NCBI GenBank assembly: GCA_029953675.1
Contig: JAMWBK010000009.1
Span: 744,001 to 808,000, forward strand
Length of the DNA stretch: 64,000 bases
Reading direction: 5' to 3'
DNA from: Rhodosorus marinus CCMP1338
Lineage: Eukaryota; Plantae; Rhodophyta
Shown: one piece after another, positions 38,513-50,800 of the stretch
Position numbering within the stretch: position 1 is the first letter of the stretch
How the letters are laid out: every line of letters begins with the position of its first letter
The notes under the pieces: generated by a model
What the model was told of the DNA's origin: nothing
Database searches by the model: none
Seen by the model: only the letters and a program-made list of their open reading frames with translations
Position numbers and translations under genes: made by a program

Positions 38513-40984
38513 CTAGTCACTAAAGTCTTCCTTTTCCATTTCCAGCGCGTGGAGTTCCTTGCGCAGGAAAATCTTTGGAAGCAATAGCTTTCGAATCGGC
38601 ACAAACGACAGAATAACAAGTGGAAACAAGAGCCCCGCATTAAATACGCCACCCTCAGGCAAATAAAAGTTTTCATTCACGAACCAAAGCAATATAAGCA
38701 AAGCATACTGAATCAGAGTGTACAGAACCACGCGCATCATCGGAACGCGTCTCACGTAGTGGTTTGGTGGATACTTCGCAGGCTGGGTGAAGATCAGAAG
38801 CAACCTTTCGAACATTTGGTTTCCATCCAAAGTTGCCACACCGATGTACAAGAAGAAACCCCAGACCACCGAGCTTGGAATATAGCCCACAATAAATAGA
38901 AGGAACATCGAGGCGAAAATGAGAACATGAGTAAAAAAATTGGTGATCCGAACCTCCCTGGCTCGGACAATCCTATACTCGACTCGCCCGTGAGATTCGT
39001 ACTCCTCCTTCTCCGCCAGTATCTTTGCATGAAGATGTGAATGCGGAACGGCCGCGTTTGCCCAAGGTATACCCAGAATTGAGCAAATGATCATGGACAC
39101 TGCGATCACTTGCATGTCCAAAAAGTATCCAACCCCCTTCTTAAGCTTGTTCTCGTTCTTGTTGGTGAGCAGTACAGCGACATTTTGGTCAACGTAGAAC
39201 AGCATACACAGGAATATGGCAGGAACAATAGCCAGAAAAATATATCCAACCGACAAATCGCCCAGCGGTACAATCCAAGAACGGCCGCTGGTTGTGACTA
39301 TTCCACTAGTCTCCGGAACCTGAAGCATTTCGACATCTACATTGGTGAAGATTTGCCTTATTCCCGCCCAAACAAGGACGGAAAAAGGCATTCCAAAGTC
39401 CGCCAGCAAGGTCCTCGTGATCCCATTCAGGAGGTATCTTCGCTCAAACAAACTCAACCATCTGGACATGACGTACATCCCGGTGGCCAGGAGAAAAGAC
39501 AGCAGAAATATCTCCGTAGGCTGTTCGTACGCGGCATCCACCAACGGCTTGACATAATTCGAAATGAAGATGAGCGCCACGAGCATTGCGAAGATCTCTT
39601 CCGTGAACTGCCCCACAAATCGGACATAAGCTATAAGGTCGAACATCACAATCAGGGTGAGTATTATTCCCCCCCAGATCCCCGTCCACGCATAGAACGG
39701 AAGGAAAGGGATTCTCAGTCCCTCAGACCACGAGAAGAGGACACTGATAAACACAGTGACAGGTCCCGTGGTCATTGTTATTGCCAAAGGTTGGCCAGCA
39801 AACAGAGCACTAAGTCCACCACATATCGCCTGTGAGAGAACAGATTCGGATACGCCAATTTGCTGACGTGTGTTCTCATCGTTTAGGGATCCGAAAGCGA
39901 TGATGGGCATTATAACAGCAAAATAGAGCCATGCAGTCGTCGAGATATATTTCAAAATACTTCTCCAGTCGGTCAGCCCATCGGTCCAATCCGATTTATA
40001 CACAGACCACTTGTATTTCCTTTTGATATCCGCGACTAACCCACCAAAGAGTTTTCCAGTTCGCATCATATCCTCAAATCCGACGTCTCCTCCTTTCAAT
40101 CCATTTGCGTACATATCCTCTTCGTAAATCACCTTCTTTTCGACGTAGTTGGCAGCGGCAGTTCTCACATCTTCTTCGTTCCGCGCAGAATAAGCTTCCC
40201 CGTAAAACTCCTCGTCCTGCAGCATTGCGGCAAAGTTCCGAGCTGCTTCATATTCAGTTTTGGTAGCCTTTTGCTCAAAAGTTGGAGCTATCGCTATTGC
40301 AACGAACGCAGGAGCGGATGGGTCGAACTTCGAGCAGTTTTCCTGTTTCGCTAAGCGCAATATCACCGAAACTCTCCTGTCGAGTCCGTGAACACGACCG
40401 TAGGTGACGATAAAACCGTTCCCTTGGATGTATCTGCGCCACGTGAATTCGGTGGAAGTATTTGCAGATACGTACTTGTCACCTCGAAGTTGGTCAACTG
40501 ACCTGTCCACGTCCTGGATCAAGAGGTTAACCCTAGCCTCGCCGGCAAGACTGGGAGGAAACGCTGCGTACTCTACTAGGCCTTTCATGGCAACGTCGAG
40601 GATTCTTGACGGGTTGGAGGCTTCAACGTCAAGCATTACAACCGAGTCAGCTGGTCCGTCACAGTTCGTTTCCTCAGCGAGCCTCTGGATATCCTTAGCA
40701 CCACGGACTTCCAGGCCAATGTTCTTCTGTGGGAGCTCGTCATACTCCACTTTCACATGATTCATTTTCAAGTCTTCCACATCCACTGTGGCGTTCAAAT
40801 TTGACCCTCGAACATCTCCGTTCATCTCATCAGCGCCATTTTCCATACGATTTTCCATACCGTTTTCCACGTCCGACACCCCGCTGTCCTCATTCTCAGC
40901 CCCATTCAGATCTGCGGCCCGCGCATGCACAGCCTTGTCTTCCTCAGTTTCCTCCTCCACTCTCGCTCTCCTGAAGAACCTCAT
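38513..40984 (-). CDS. SLC4/band-3 family HCO3-/borate-type anion transporter with N-terminal cytosolic domain, intronless (823 aa from ATG 40984)
   Basis: RTGKLFGGLVADIKRK...DWTDG; LYFAVIMPIIAFG; LFAGQPLAITMTTGPV; FTEEIFAMLVALIFI; LKKGVGYFLD; VVWGFFLYIGVATLDGNQMFERL. There are multiple TM segments. Confidence 0.95.
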   Translation of the reverse strand: MRFFRRARVEEETEEDKAVHARAADLNGAENEDSGVSDVENGMENRMENGADEMNGDVRGSNLNATVDVEDLKMNHVKVEYDELPQKNIGLEVRGAKDIQRLAEETNCDGPADSVVMLDVEASNPSRILDVAMKGLVEYAAFPPSLAGEARVNLLIQDVDRSVDQLRGDKYVSANTSTEFTWRRYIQGNGFIVTYGRVHGLDRRVSVILRLAKQENCSKFDPSAPAFVAIAIAPTFEQKATKTEYEAARNFAAMLQDEEFYGEAYSARNEEDVRTAAANYVEKKVIYEEDMYANGLKGGDVGFEDMMRTGKLFGGLVADIKRKYKWSVYKSDWTDGLTDWRSILKYISTTAWLYFAVIMPIIAFGSLNDENTRQQIGVSESVLSQAICGGLSALFAGQPLAITMTTGPVTVFISVLFSWSEGLRIPFLPFYAWTGIWGGIILTLIVMFDLIAYVRFVGQFTEEIFAMLVALIFISNYVKPLVDAAYEQPTEIFLLSFLLATGMYVMSRWLSLFERRYLLNGITRTLLADFGMPFSVLVWAGIRQIFTNVDVEMLQVPETSGIVTTSGRSWIVPLGDLSVGYIFLAIVPAIFLCMLFYVDQNVAVLLTNKNENKLKKGVGYFLDMQVIAVSMIICSILGIPWANAAVPHSHLHAKILAEKEEYESHGRVEYRIVRAREVRITNFFTHVLIFASMFLLFIVGYIPSSVVWGFFLYIGVATLDGNQMFERLLLIFTQPAKYPPNHYVRRVPMMRVVLYTLIQYALLILLWFVNENFYLPEGGVFNAGLLFPLVILSFVPIRKLLLPKIFLRKELHALEMEKEDFSD

Positions 40985-42533
40985 CCTTCCCAAAAGCTCT
41001 TCTCGCTCAGAGAGGCCCCGGCCGCTCGCCCACTCCGCCGAACAACCCCCTTCAAAGGCACAGCAACAAAATGCCACACCCCGCCCAAAAACGACCAATC
41101 CCGCCTTCCAACTCACCTCAGGAATATCACACAAGCGACAGATCTCTCCAACCTCGAACCCCACATCCATATGACCCTTCTCTCCATCCGGAGATTCAAC
41201 AACCCAACCCCCCTCCTCCTCCCTCCCAACCTCTGAACTGGAGAACCTTCATGTCGTCAGAAAACACTTCCTATCGAAACCCTCAAAATTCACTGCAGAC
41301 CGGACCAACCCCCAAAGGTTAACAATAATAATGATTGAATTTCTATGAAAACTTGAAAACAATTCTGAAATAGCTTTGTACGTCCACCGTGTTTCAGTCA
41401 ATATATTTTTTGTATCACGCGAGGTGTTGTGTGCGTGCACCCCGAGCGTAGCGTTACCCAATATCCGTTAGTCCGAAGGGAAAGTTCTATTCTTCTTTTT
41501 TGATTTTTTTTCTTCAGTTCCCTTTGGTTTGGTATTAAGCGACTGGTGGTGGCCATGGGAGTCTTATCCAATAGAGACACAGCAAAGCTACTTATCAAAT
41601 TAATTTTTAACGCGTGTCGAGTTGGGGATTAATCCAATGAATGAATAACACACGTCCTACGGACGATTCGTTACTTGGCTTTCTCGTTTTGACCAATGAT
41701 TACTTGACAGCAGTCTTTTTAATGACCTGGACCAATAGGGGAGACTTTTGGACCTTGCGGTTTCTTTCAGGGGGGGTTTTCATCTATGTCCCTAGATTTG
41801 ATCCGCTCTTTATGCCCCGTAGCCATGATCGAATTAGAGCTCCAAATTTCTGGAATAAATTTTGTAAATAGATTTAATTCGCGAATTGGAGAAGCTGAAA
41901 ACCCCTCTATCATTCGTACCGCGGTGAAAATGCCTAACTCGGGGTAGGGTTTGGTTACGTACGCATTGGTCACTTCCAATACGTAGTAAACACATTTATG
42001 TACTCTCCTTGTACTAATGAAATACGCCTCGCCCGGTTGTCACATATAGATTTCGAGGTTCTGAAGTGCCCTTCGTGTTTGGGAAGCACAAGTTCCGTTT
42101 CTCCGTCTGCGGTATACGAAACTCAATTATTATTTGGCGGATCAGGTAATGGCTTATCGTGCCGGTTCCGTGAACCCAATCAACGGAAGATCCACTGCGG
42201 AATGATTTTGCAGCCCGCTCTTTGTGACTACAGGCAGATCTTCCGAGATTAATTCAGTAACGTTGGGTACACAGTATCCAGTGAGCAGAGACCCAACGCA
42301 AAACTACCGGAGCGCAGTAAACCCTTTACTAGAGAGAACCCTACCAACCAGTAGAGCTCCTTCAATTAACAATTGAAAGCATTTCGAAAGGTGCTGTCTC
42401 CAATGAACCACCCAGTGTTAGTTTCGGGACAGGTTGGTGAACCCTCAGTGCCTAAACGAGGACAATTGGTTGATGTCGATGCGGGTTGTGACCTACTGTT
42501 TATGAAAGCTTCTGTCTTCAAGTTACCAGAAAC

Positions 42534-42854
42534 ATGAAGGATCTCGTTTCTATTGAAAAGAGCCTGGCTGTCGAGGCTCTTCGTGAGGATATTGCTCTTG
42601 CTGAGGAGCAGGCGATTCGACTTGAAGACAAACACCGCGCTAATGAGGACGTCAAAAAGCAGCTCCAGAAAACCGAGGAAAAAGATACATGGCTTTGTAT
42701 TGGAAGCGAGTCCTTCCTTAAGCTCTCGAAGGAGAAAGCGATTGAGGAGCTGGGCAAGCAGTCTCTTGAATTGTGGGCGGAAATTGAGCAAACTCAAGCG
42801 GTTGTAACGAACAAGAAAGATCGTTTGGACGATCTGGTCGCTGTTGAGGAGTAG
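42534..42854 (+). CDS. PDRG1: Prefoldin beta-like protein (PDRG1-like), 106 aa
   Basis: Coiled coil - KDTWLCIGSESFLKLSKEKAIEEL beta-hairpin - coiled coil, which is the prefoldin-beta layout. The W-L-C hairpin is typical of PDRG1. Confidence 0.65.
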   Translation: MKDLVSIEKSLAVEALREDIALAEEQAIRLEDKHRANEDVKKQLQKTEEKDTWLCIGSESFLKLSKEKAIEELGKQSLELWAEIEQTQAVVTNKKDRLDDLVAVEE

Positions 42855-43753
42855 CCAGGAGCAATGCATTCGCTTTGCTGACTGTTATCCCGTGCCCCGG
42901 GTGATGGAAACAGAATTCGCCAAATGTCATAGTGTTCTTCAATGCAACTGAAGGGCATTGAGTCTGAAAGCGCCCTTCGCCCTTCAATAGGAGGAGTGAT
43001 GGATCTTATTTATAGTGTCTCTCGAAACTTTGACTGTTCAGCAGTTCCTATGCCTCCGAGCTCTTGTACAGATGCTTTCGGATTGCAATCAAGCTGAAAT
43101 TTGTTTTGCACGCACGCCTTGGAAGGGAATGAAAATGATTTTTTCTATTTTACGCTCCTGTTTAGTCCCCCCCGTCCTTCCCTCCATGTCACCCCGCATC
43201 CTCCGAGATCATCTTAAGCTACTGACTCGAAAACCAGCAACCCCGGGAGAGTTCCTAAGATAGTCAAACGGCAAATCACCACCCAGTTGAAAAGTGCCCT
43301 TCAGCAAAAGATGAGCTACCCAGCGGTATGCTATCACTGCAACGCACGAAGATAACGTGCTTAATTGTTTGACACATGACTTCGGCATCTCGTTTCTCGC
43401 TCAGAATAACGGGAAGGCAAGATATGACCAAATTCAATTTTTCCTTTTTTTTCGCAAAATAGTTCAATCATTATAAATATCTAACCAATCATATAGGAGG
43501 AATGTCCACGCTCGATTGAGTATTAGCCAATTATATCTCGATTTTTTTATCCATTTGGACTTGTGATCCGATGCGGAATGGATAGCCACCATAAGTATTT
43601 TTGGATTTGGGCTGACAAGCTTCGTTGTAGGACAAGTTGGTCTATATGGTTTGATACACTCTGGTGACTTTGGGACTTTCTCCTGTTGCCCATTGACTGA
43701 AAGAGTAGTTCCATTGTTGAGAGGTTCCACTGGATTTTCAGAGAGCATAAGCG

Positions 43754-44546
43754 ATGTCAGCTTTCGTTGCAGCCAGTGGATTTTCACCTCAAGGTAGGTC
43801 GCCGGTGAGGTTGGTGAGCAGCAGCGGGTCTGCGGTTTTTGGCGTTTCCCTTAGACCGCGAGTTCGGTTTCAGGGTGCTCGGTGAGCTAAGACAGGAATT
43901 GAGCACGGCTCTGAGAAACAGAATTTGGTTCAATCTGAATTGATTTTGGGGCTCACTTTTTGCATCTTTGCTCGCGAAGGCCACACTGGCGAACTACTCC
44001 GAAGATGGCAGATGGCCTTTATGACATCAAAATGAGAGACATCGACGGAAATCGTGTTGACTTCTCGTCGATGAAAGGAAAGCCAATTCTGGCGGTGAAC
44101 GTCGCCTGCTTTTGTGGATACACCAAGAAGGTGTACAGCATGATGAAGTACTTGTCTGAGAAGTACGAAGATAAGGTGAGGGACATCGTTCCCATAAACA
44201 CGAGCTATATCCATTTTCTCAGAGATATGCGCTCTTTCATGAGTATATTCAAGTTATTGCTTTTCCAAGCAACGAGTTTGGCGCCCAGGAGCCCGGCACC
44301 CCCGACGAGATCAAGAGCTTCGTATCGGATGAATATGGCAGCAGGATAATGATTATGGAAAAGAGTTCCGTCACGGGCTCGAGCGCAAACGCGATCTTCA
44401 AACTGGGTATGGAAGCTGGACTCGGAGAGCCACAATGGAATTTCGATGGACGCTTGCTTTTCGACAAGAACGGAAATCTGGCGAAGCGCCTGACCAACGC
44501 CGCAACTATGTCAGACATGGATGCAGAGATAGAGAAGGTGCTGTAG
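43754..44546 (+). CDS. GPX: Cys-type glutathione/thioredoxin peroxidase (GPX family) with plastid transit peptide; exons 43754-43881, 43980-44175, ~44223-44546
   Basis: Transit-like MSAFVAASGFSPQGRSPVRL; NVACFCGYT; IAFPSNEFGAQEPG; PQWNFDG. The acceptor of intron 2 is uncertain. Confidence 0.88.
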
Positions 44547-45608
44547 AATGATTCATTTGTACCGCAGTAGCACTGCCAGAGGATGCACTCTGTGTGTGAT
44601 GTGACAGCTTGATAATACAGGGCTGAGGTTGTCGGATTAAACGTATCCATCCTGCTACTCCACTTGAAGACCGAAAGCAACAGAAGCAACAGAACGCAAT
44701 ACGTCGGTGACAAACAAGAACAGAACTCGGTAAAGATGCTTTATCAGATGTCTTCCAAGAGCAAGAAAGCGACAATCGAAGTACACGTTCAAATGGGAGC
44801 AGACAAAGGATCACCGACTGTAGCTTATGTGCTTCTTTGGCTTCGCGAAGGGAGTTCACCATCCTACACCCCTGGTCAGCTCTCTTCAGCAGTGCCGAGC
44901 TCACCTCAAATGGTCACGATGTGATGGCGGTGACGACCAACGAGTAGTTCATCTGCTCGACTAGTTTTCTGGCACAAAGGGAGTAAGAAACGGAGCATAA
45001 AGCTCTCCAGATCACATAGGATCATGCACTAGCAGAGAACCATATGCGCCCTTTGCACAAGGCTAAAAAGTCGGGTACGTCGACAAAAAAAAAAAGTTGA
45101 CCCAACCGTTCACGAGCTGGTTGGCGCCGTGAGACTCACGACTAGATCAGTAGCTTTGAACACGATTCGTGACTTTTCGAATCGGAAATGTTATCGGGAG
45201 CAAGGGTTTCTTTTTTCGCATCTACCAAATGCGAAGGACATTAAGCAGCCCAAGTAGTATGTATTCGATCATGTTGATAAGACCTTGGTGATCAAAAAAT
45301 AATGGGTCAAGTCGATTGAGTAAGAGCGTAGTCCATTCGACTAGGAGGCCACCTGAAACCACATGCTATGCGCCAGTGGAGACGCTCGCGAGCGGTCGCC
45401 CTAGTAGGGCGCTGGGACTGTTCACCCCGACCTTCAGCGCGAGTAAGCGAATGAGCCGAAGGCAACGAAACTCCGCTGGTGGACTATTTCGTCCGTCTGG
45501 GGGTCCCGTCTTCAGGTACTCCCGCTCCCGTACTTCGAACAAAGTATCACTGAAATAGGATCTTGACGGTGCACGAGAAAGACCTGAGTCCCTCTTTTGC
45601 ACTGGGTC

Positions 45609-46187
45609 TCAGTCCGATTCCTTCTCTTCGATGTTGGCCAAGGCCTCAGCTAGCCAATCGAATCCTTCTTTGACTCCATCTCCTTCAAGAGCACTACATC
45701 TACACATTTTCCAGTCTCTTCCCTGCAAAGATTCAAAACAAGACTTCGCGAACTTGTCAAGATCATAGCCGTCCTCCTCATCTTCTTTGTTCGCCGCTAT
45801 AAGAGTGGGCTTGCCTTTCACTTCATCCCGGGCGAGGATTTCAAGAAGAGTTTCAAGCGCTTCATCTGCCCGCGCGCCATCCCCAGCATCCAGGACCCAT
45901 AAAATTCCATCGGCCTCGGACAAGTACCTATCCCAAAGAGTCCTCAGGCTCGCACTACCTCCCACGTCCCACACAATATAAGAAATTTTCTTCAACTGGA
46001 ACTTTGCAATGTTCAGTCCAACAGTCGGAGCAACCTTGGACGCAGGCAGCGGCTCCATACCAGCGTAGATCAACTTCAACTGCTCCATCAGGCTCGTCTT
46101 CCCAGATCCATCCAAGCCCAGGAGCAGGACCTTCCTTTGTGGCACCTCAGTCAAGGTCTTCCAGGCTCCTTGAATAAGACTGAACAT
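45609..46187 (-). CDS. ARFRP1: ARF-related GTPase ARFRP1/Arl3, intronless, 192 aa
   Basis: MFSLIQGAWK (no Gly2, aromatic at position 2), GLDGSGKT, PTVGLNI, WDVGG, LWDRY, ANKED. Confidence 0.85.
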   Translation of the reverse strand: MFSLIQGAWKTLTEVPQRKVLLLGLDGSGKTSLMEQLKLIYAGMEPLPASKVAPTVGLNIAKFQLKKISYIVWDVGGSASLRTLWDRYLSEADGILWVLDAGDGARADEALETLLEILARDEVKGKPTLIAANKEDEEDGYDLDKFAKSCFESLQGRDWKMCRCSALEGDGVKEGFDWLAEALANIEEKESD

Positions 46188-46609
46188 CTCTAGATCCAAA
46201 ATGCAAAAACACAAACAGTAGAAAACTGCCCGAAACGGCCCACCTCACCCCTTTTCAATACCGAACACGAGTCGGCGCACGACTATTTCGCCTCCACAGT
46301 CGTCAAAGCAGCCTCATAGACAACCGAAAAAACCTCCTATAAATTGTTCATGATAGTCGACTGCTTTTTCCAAGTCCTCTCACCAGCAGCCTGCTCGTTA
46401 TCGTGTCACTCCTCTGGCAGGAAATACCTTCCCAATAACCTAAGTCACTACCACCAAACGCTCTAGTCATTTCCTAACTTTCAACGACCCAACATTTGAC
46501 AACCTGTCACCTCCCCCCCCAATCTGTGACGTCTCCACCTGAAACAATCTGAGTTTACAGCTTGTCCTTCAAAAAACAGTTTGTCCTTATGGTAGTACAA
46601 TATTAGTAT

Positions 46610-47490
46610 CTAGTACAAAGGATTGCAGCTTTGGAATGAGAACTGTTGAGCGGTAGCGCAAGGAGTGGACGAGTTTTGAGATCCTTGAGAAAGTACTACA
46701 TGGGAGAACGCAGTTGTCTGTGGCTTGGCTGATTCCCATTTATGTCCTGGAAGGATTGGAATTTGTAGTTCGCTCCTTCGGCTGGATGAGGAGAGATTGA
46801 TCCAGGAGTTTCGAACGGTCCAGTGCTCAACGATGAGATGTGTCATCGGGAGCACAGACCGGACGTCTGGGTGACCTTGATGTTTATTCTGAAGCCGGCA
46901 CCAACGCCAAGACCACGATGCCCGAATAATAGGACTTTGAGCAAATTCGAAATCTTCAAGTGCTCGTCTGCGATGGACATTCGATATGGATGTTCCGATT
47001 GTGGAGTCTTTCCCGACTGGTGGTGCGCTTAGTGATTTGCTAGCAAGCAGAAATCAGGCACCCTCTCAAAGAAGATCCTTAAAGAAGACATTGACTTTCC
47101 ACATCAGTACAATGAATAAGCACGCGAAGCGTATGCCGACTGTTTCTGCCAGTCGGTATGTCAATGATGGCAAGACACCACGCGTGTTGAGGCAGTGCTT
47201 GTCTGGAAGATATTGACGATAACTAACTACGTAGAAGAGGTATCCATACCCATTGAAGCCAGAGCTTCAATGGTGTTCAAATTGCCAGCAGGGTGCGCTG
47301 TATGCGGAAGCTCTCGAGCGGACGAACTTGACGTCGTCGACGTGATTCAATACAAAACCACAGCCATTACTGGAGCTGAGAATCGGAAACTATTCGTGGC
47401 AATTAAATCCCTGTAAAAAGAACAAAGGCGAAAATCTTTCAGGCGCCTGTGCCACTTGAACCTTGCACTCGTTTGCTTGACGCATCTTGG
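46610..47490 (-). CDS. Hypothetical multi-exon protein (orphan); 5' structure uncertain
   Basis: Stop-free frame 47041-46610 (~143 codons) follows CTGAT...GCTAG (branch plus acceptor). Upstream there are candidate exons with GTATGG and GTGCTT donors and a strong TTTTTACAG acceptor near 47415. A minus-type C/A-rich leader lies at 47490-47550. Confidence 0.35.
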
Positions 47491-47890
47491 ACACAAACAG
47501 CGTTAAGTACACTAAACATAAATCGACGTCCACATGCAATCGAAATCAACAAAATCCATTAATTTATGATCGCGTCGATTTTGACGAATTTTACTAGAAA
47601 AATTGACTAAATATTTAAAATTTGAATCTCCGTAACGGTATCTCACATTTTGTGCTGTCAGGGATGGGTGGATTGCTTACCGTTGTAGGGAAGGATGTAA
47701 CGTATGATTCTCTTGAGCGAAGTGGCCTATTCAGTTCGATTTCATCGTGAAGCAGTAGTTGAGGCACGAGACGCATTTGTTCCGAAGCGATGCTCTAGCC
47801 TAGCCATTCTAGCCGTTCAGCAGCGCCTAGAGAGGGTACGGGGTTTGCATGGAGCAGGAGTTTGCCGAAGGGATTGCGCTGTTCTCTTAA

Positions 47891-50800
47891 ATGAAGCTGA
47901 ATCAGTTCTGGTCTAGGCTGTTGGGCGCAAAGTCTTCTCCGCAGCCGGTTACGGATGAAAGCAAATTCTGCAAGGATTCGATGAGCGTAGATGAATCGAG
48001 TAACGTAGATGCCGGCCGCTGCATGGACTCTGCGGAGCATGATTTGATGCAGGACCCTGTTGAATTCACGCGGGACCGTGATTTCAGGCGAGACACGATT
48101 GTCCCGGATCTTGGACCACTTCCAACCTCAATGACGGTAGAGCACAGTACCACGTACCATTCTCAACATGATACAAAGGACTCGCATGGTGTGACTTCGG
48201 ATGAGGTTGTCGACTCCTTCAGTATGGAGGGATGGCAGGGAGAAGACGACCTCAGAGTATCTCAGATTCTGGTGGGGCAGCAAGGACCTGGAGAAGTTTA
48301 CGAAAACTACTCCTCGTTTCAAGGTGAATCTTCACCGTCGACAGATCCAGACAGCGTAGATGCGGATTACTACGAGATCAACGTCGAAAGCGAAAACGGT
48401 TCTGCACAAGACCACGTCGCTGAAAAGGAGGTTTCTGAGGGTCATGGAAGCGAGGAAGAGGAGGCTGTCATCCAAACTGCCCCAGAGATCAGCAGCCCTG
48501 AGCTTAGGGACAAAGCCATGCGACTGTTAGAGGTAGATCAAATTGTTGAACATCTCGAGCACCAGATATCCAAGCTTATCGTTGAGAACACCAAACTTAA
48601 ACAGTTGCTAGAAGAGTCCGGAGGACGGGATGCTGTTGAAAAAAATACGTTTGTCCTCGAGCAGAAGCTTTCGAAGCTCAGGTGCGATTTTCAGAAGGAG
48701 CGGTCTACACGAGGAGTTGTAGAGACAGAGGTTATCGAACTCGAGAAAGCTTTGGCAGCAAAACAAGCAGAGATTCATGGCCTTCATTCGTTCATCACAG
48801 AGAATACTAACTTTGCCAACGAAGCACAAGCAGCGAGCCAAATGCACAAGGCAAAATCTGAACAGATGTGGGTACAAAACCGAGAGCTGATTGAAGAAGT
48901 GGAATCGCTGAAGGCAAGGCTGGAGAGCGCCAAAGAGGACTACCACCAGTCCCAGTCCGAAGTTCAGGACCAAAAGTCCCTGATCGATGAACTCAAGACG
49001 GCAATGGAAGAGAGAGAGCGGATCAGTAACGGAATCGACGACTCGATGGAATTGAAAGCCTCCCTTAGCCTTTCGAGGAAAGAGACGGCAATTCTTCAGT
49101 CGAAAATCGAGGACATGTCCCACCTCCAAAAGCGCTGTGAGGATGTAGAACAGCAGCTTTCGGCGAGCAAGATAGCTCTCGCTCAGACAGAGGAGAGCAG
49201 CAAGCAGGTCTCCGATGAGCTTCAAAACTACCGTGAGAAGTGTACAAACCTTGTAACCGACCTCCAATGTGCCACTGAAGCAGCACTAAGATGGTCAATT
49301 CTCGCGGAGCAGAACAACTCTGGGATACCAGAAACGGGGTCAGAACCACGAGTCCTTAAGAAGGAAGAAATGGAGGAAGGACAGAAGTTTTTCTTAGATG
49401 TCGTGGCCAAATTACGAGTTCAAAGATCACAGCAGACTCCGCTTGTTGTATGTGAATATCTCAAATGGTTCCCCTTTTGCAGTTATCCACCGCCCTGTAT
49501 TTCACTGACCCGCAAAACGCGTTGTTTTCACTTGCATAGAAGATGCTCTCTCAACGATTGGAGTCGATCATTGTCGAACGAAGCAGAAATCGAGTCTTAA
49601 CGGATGATCTGCGAAGGGAAATCAGTTCGCAAGCTGAGTATATCAAACTGATCGAGTTACAGCTGCAGGAAGCGCGAAGCTCTGATAAACCTACAGAAGA
49701 TATCAAGGAACTTCAAGCGAAATGCGAGGAGCTCCAGAACGAAAAGGATGTGCTTCTTAACCAGTTCCATCAAGAGCTTTCTTTTTGTGAGCCTGCAGAT
49801 TGTGCATCTGAAACCAGTACGTCCCCCTTCAAGAATGCAGAGAGACTGCTTCCAATGCTTGAAGATCAACAGAACGAAATACGACATCTAGAGACTCTTC
49901 TCCGAGAGAAACAGCAACAGGTATCCTCCCTGCTTGGAAAGGACTCCGGAGTTTGTAGTACATGTGCGGAGAACCGCAACCACTGCGTTGCGATCGTGTC
50001 GAAGGACAAGGAGATTGCACAACTACGAAGCAAGCACAAGGAAGAATACCTACAGGCGCTGAGCATATTCGGTGCCCATATAGACCAGCTTCAAGAGCTG
50101 CTTAAACATGAAGCACTAGTGAACGCGGAGCTAAGGACGATCCTTGACACGAACAACGAAGCTGCGACCGGCCGGATATCAAGTCTGAAAGCTCAGATCT
50201 CGTCAATGAGCGACAGAATCAATCAAGCTGAGTTCTCCAAGGCTGCGACAGTAACATGGCTAAGGAAGGCGCTAAGGAGTTTCTCCGGTTTGTCCATTCC
50301 TTGTTCCATCGGACTGGAGGATCTGAAATCGAAGGCTGATGAGCTTATTGACAGTTATGTTAGAGAAGCAGAGGACATTCGAATGAAAGTCAAAAAACTT
50401 GAGCCCATGGAATCCTGCATTGCGAATTTACGATTGCAGAAGAGGGCGATTCTACATATTTACGCTACGCGCGGAGAGCAGCCGGTCGGAGTTGCTTGGA
50501 AGTCCGAGCGGGCAACGGAACCCCTGACTCGACTTCGGTCATGTGTTTCCACAGTTGTAGCAGCTGTGAAGCTGAGGCTAATGGTCGAGTCGCGTGTTAG
50601 CCAAGTCCCCGCAATAGATCCAAGCAAATATTTCTGCTCGACGATGCCACCCGTGGTTTGGCAAAAGTGGAGTACTGATGTTTCACCTTGTACTGCCATG
50701 GCTCTTCTACCGTCCCTGCAAGCTGGTCTAGAGCAGAACAAGAGCCAGATTCTGGAGCTTCAAGAGCAGCTGGCAGCATCTGAGCTGTCAATGCTTGGCA

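Noticed and set aside
42366-42869. 167-aa minus ORF over PDRG1 (and similar antisense ORFs over Ssn6, SAPS, SLC4, coiled-coil and NOM1 exons)
   Set aside because: These are antisense to recognisable coding exons and have L/S/F-rich shadow composition.
44098-44124. Selenocysteine GPX
   Set aside because: The active-site codon is TGT (Cys) and there is no in-frame TGA.
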